Positions 28,207 to 29,795 of a DNA stretch of 29,795 bases are shown here, piece by piece. Origin of the DNA: a virus. Taxonomy: Duplodnaviria > Caudoviricetes. Each line of letters begins with the position of its first letter. The stretch's first letter is position 1. A program made the position numbers and the translations under genes. The notes below the pieces were generated by a model. That model searched no databases, was not told the DNA's origin, and worked only from the letters and a program-made list of their open reading frames with translations. The stretch covers positions 1 through 29,795 of the IMG/VR virus record IMGVR_UViG_3300033516_000105; one strand, 5' to 3'.

Positions 28207-28782
28207 ATGAAATTAATTAAAAATTTTAGTGAATATACCAATGAATCATTTGTTGAATTTGGAACACCAGCTTATAAATTACAAACATTTATAGAAGGAA
28301 AAGTAAAAATGATCAAAAAATGGTTTGAAAGTGAGATATTATCAAATGCACAATTGATTGATATAGATATTACAAAATATTCACAATCATTAAATAAAAA
28401 TATTATATTTAATTTTACTGATGGTCAATATCAATTCCAAGTTATATTGGTATTTAGGATGCAAGATTATAACGATGGAAAGATTGGAAAATGTTTTATG
28501 AAAATTAAAAAATATTCATATGATGAAGATGATTCATTAAAAGGAACATTAATTGATTTTTGGGATTCGAATAATCCAGATAATGATACTGATGGAGAAA
28601 TTGATGGACAAGTTGAAATAAAAGATATATCACCAGAATTTATTTTAGATAAAATATCAAAAATGGATGATGAATCACAATCATTTGGAAGTAAAGAAAA
28701 TTCAATTTCAGAAGAAGAACCAGAAGGTTTGGAAAGTGAAGAAGAAACAGAAGAACAAACAGAAGAAGAAACAACATTTTAA
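28207..28782 (+). CDS. Hypothetical protein with CTS-like N-terminus and acidic tail
   Basis: MKLIKNFSEYTNES...SEEEPEGLESEEETEEQTEEETTF; AATATATA at 28186-28193. Confidence 0.7.
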   Translation: MKLIKNFSEYTNESFVEFGTPAYKLQTFIEGKVKMIKKWFESEILSNAQLIDIDITKYSQSLNKNIIFNFTDGQYQFQVILVFRMQDYNDGKIGKCFMKIKKYSYDEDDSLKGTLIDFWDSNNPDNDTDGEIDGQVEIKDISPEFILDKISKMDDESQSFGSKENSISEEEPEGLESEEETEEQTEEETTF

Positions 28783-28798
28783 AAATAAATAATAAATT

Positions 28799-29371
28799 AT
28801 GCAAATAGTAGCAAATAGTAGAATTCTAAAAGAATTTTCAAAGATTGATATATTCAATATTGATTTAGGAAAAAATTTAAGAGGATCAGTTCCAAAAACT
28901 GGAAAATATGATGATAATTTTAATTTTAAAATAACTGATACATTTGTTAAAAAATATGATAAAACTAATGGAAAGATTGTTTATAAATTTGGAACAATTG
29001 GAACATTGAAATTTTATGTAGAATATTCATTAGCAGATAATGAAATAGAAATACATAAATCAGAAGATGAAATATTTGAAATGAATATAAATTTCAATAA
29101 ATTGCAAGAAAATCCTAAAAAATATCTAACTAATCTTTTATATTTTGTTGAAAATGGTGAGCAACCAGAAGATGATATTATTGAAAATGTTTCAATTATA
29201 AAAGAAAATGATGATACTATTCCAGAACCAAGTATTGATTTGCCAAAGGATATTTTTATTGAAAAAATGATAGAAAGAAGAAGAAAATTAAGTCCTAATG
29301 TTTTTTCAGAAGAAGAACAAAAATCAATTGAAAATAAAAGAAAAAAGAATTTAGAAAAATATGGCTACTAG
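28799..29371 (+). CDS. Hypothetical protein with N-terminal similarity to the capsid protein C-terminal (A-domain) segment
   Basis: TNGKIVYKFGTIGTLKFYVE vs capsid TNGQLYPMGNIGNLAIYVD. Confidence 0.6.
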   Translation: MQIVANSRILKEFSKIDIFNIDLGKNLRGSVPKTGKYDDNFNFKITDTFVKKYDKTNGKIVYKFGTIGTLKFYVEYSLADNEIEIHKSEDEIFEMNINFNKLQENPKKYLTNLLYFVENGEQPEDDIIENVSIIKENDDTIPEPSIDLPKDIFIEKMIERRRKLSPNVFSEEEQKSIENKRKKNLEKYGY

Positions 29372-29795
29372 GTTAAAACCAATAAAAATTGAAAAGGTTT
29401 GGTGGAAAGGTCAATATGTTGATAAAGATAAAATTAAAAATGATGAAAAAGTTCCAAATCTAAATTCTAATTTAGATGAAAATTATTATAATACTAAAAA
29501 TGACAAAGGTGAATATACTCATGTAAATTTAAATCCATCACCAAATGCCGATCCATATGGAGATGATAATCATAAATGGAATAATAATAACAATAAAAAA
29601 GATAATAATACTGAACAAGAACTAAATTCATTACATGAAAATGATAATATAAATAATAATATTGGAAGTGATTTAGGAAAAAATTATGAAAATGACATGG
29701 AAAAAAATAATATTGGAAATGATTTAAATTCATTACATAAAAATGATAATATAAATAATGCAATTGGAAGTAATTTAGGAATAAATTATGAAAAT
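29361..29795 (+). CDS. Asn-rich repeat protein, 3'-partial (not in the ORF track)
   Basis: MATRLKPIKIEKVWWKGQY... open to the window end; ATG overlaps the end of the upstream gene; 17/34-aa repeats. Confidence 0.75.
   Translation, partial: MATRLKPIKIEKVWWKGQYVDKDKIKNDEKVPNLNSNLDENYYNTKNDKGEYTHVNLNPSPNADPYGDDNHKWNNNNNKKDNNTEQELNSLHENDNINNNIGSDLGKNYENDMEKNNIGNDLNSLHKNDNINNAIGSNLGINYEN

Noticed and set aside
25677-29763. ORFs 25677-25991, 27541-27723, 28006-28194 and 29494-29763
   Set aside because: Antisense shadows of better-supported ORFs.
1-29795. Eukaryotic giant virus or bacterial chromosome origin
   Set aside because: LRR, Hsp70 and DnaJ could suggest it, but gp20/gp21/gp23/gp4/gp55/gp15-like genes mark a T4-like tailed phage.

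Overview
Very AT-rich segment of a large T4-like (myovirus-type) jumbo phage, probably infecting Bacteroidota (TAnnTTTG promoters, Bacteroidota-like DnaK and thioredoxin). It carries the head module: portal gp20, a gp21 protease fused to a repeat-rich scaffold, major capsid gp23 and gp4. Also present are a gp55-like late sigma factor, a gp15-like tail terminator, only the N-terminal half of a family B DNA polymerase, two free-standing endonucleases, LRR proteins, a kinase-like protein, Hsp20-DnaK, DnaJ, thioredoxin, a RelA/SpoT-type HD hydrolase and an 8-tRNA array. The most striking signal lies upstream of the tRNA array. A 22-codon leader ORF (MKNLLNLNICNNLLDEPKTQPN) has codons 3-17 read only by the eight downstream tRNAs, and its stop codon sits in a 16/17-bp antiterminator that competes with a GAAA-capped intrinsic terminator. 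This looks like a ribosome-stalling attenuator that would switch the phage tRNA array on when those tRNAs run short. Other notable items are an atypical class II tRNA with a CCUUCAA loop, two small ORFs resembling pieces of the capsid protein, and a shared T4-CTS-like N-terminus and xYGF C-terminal tag on unrelated proteins. All assignments come from motif recognition by eye; no searches were run.
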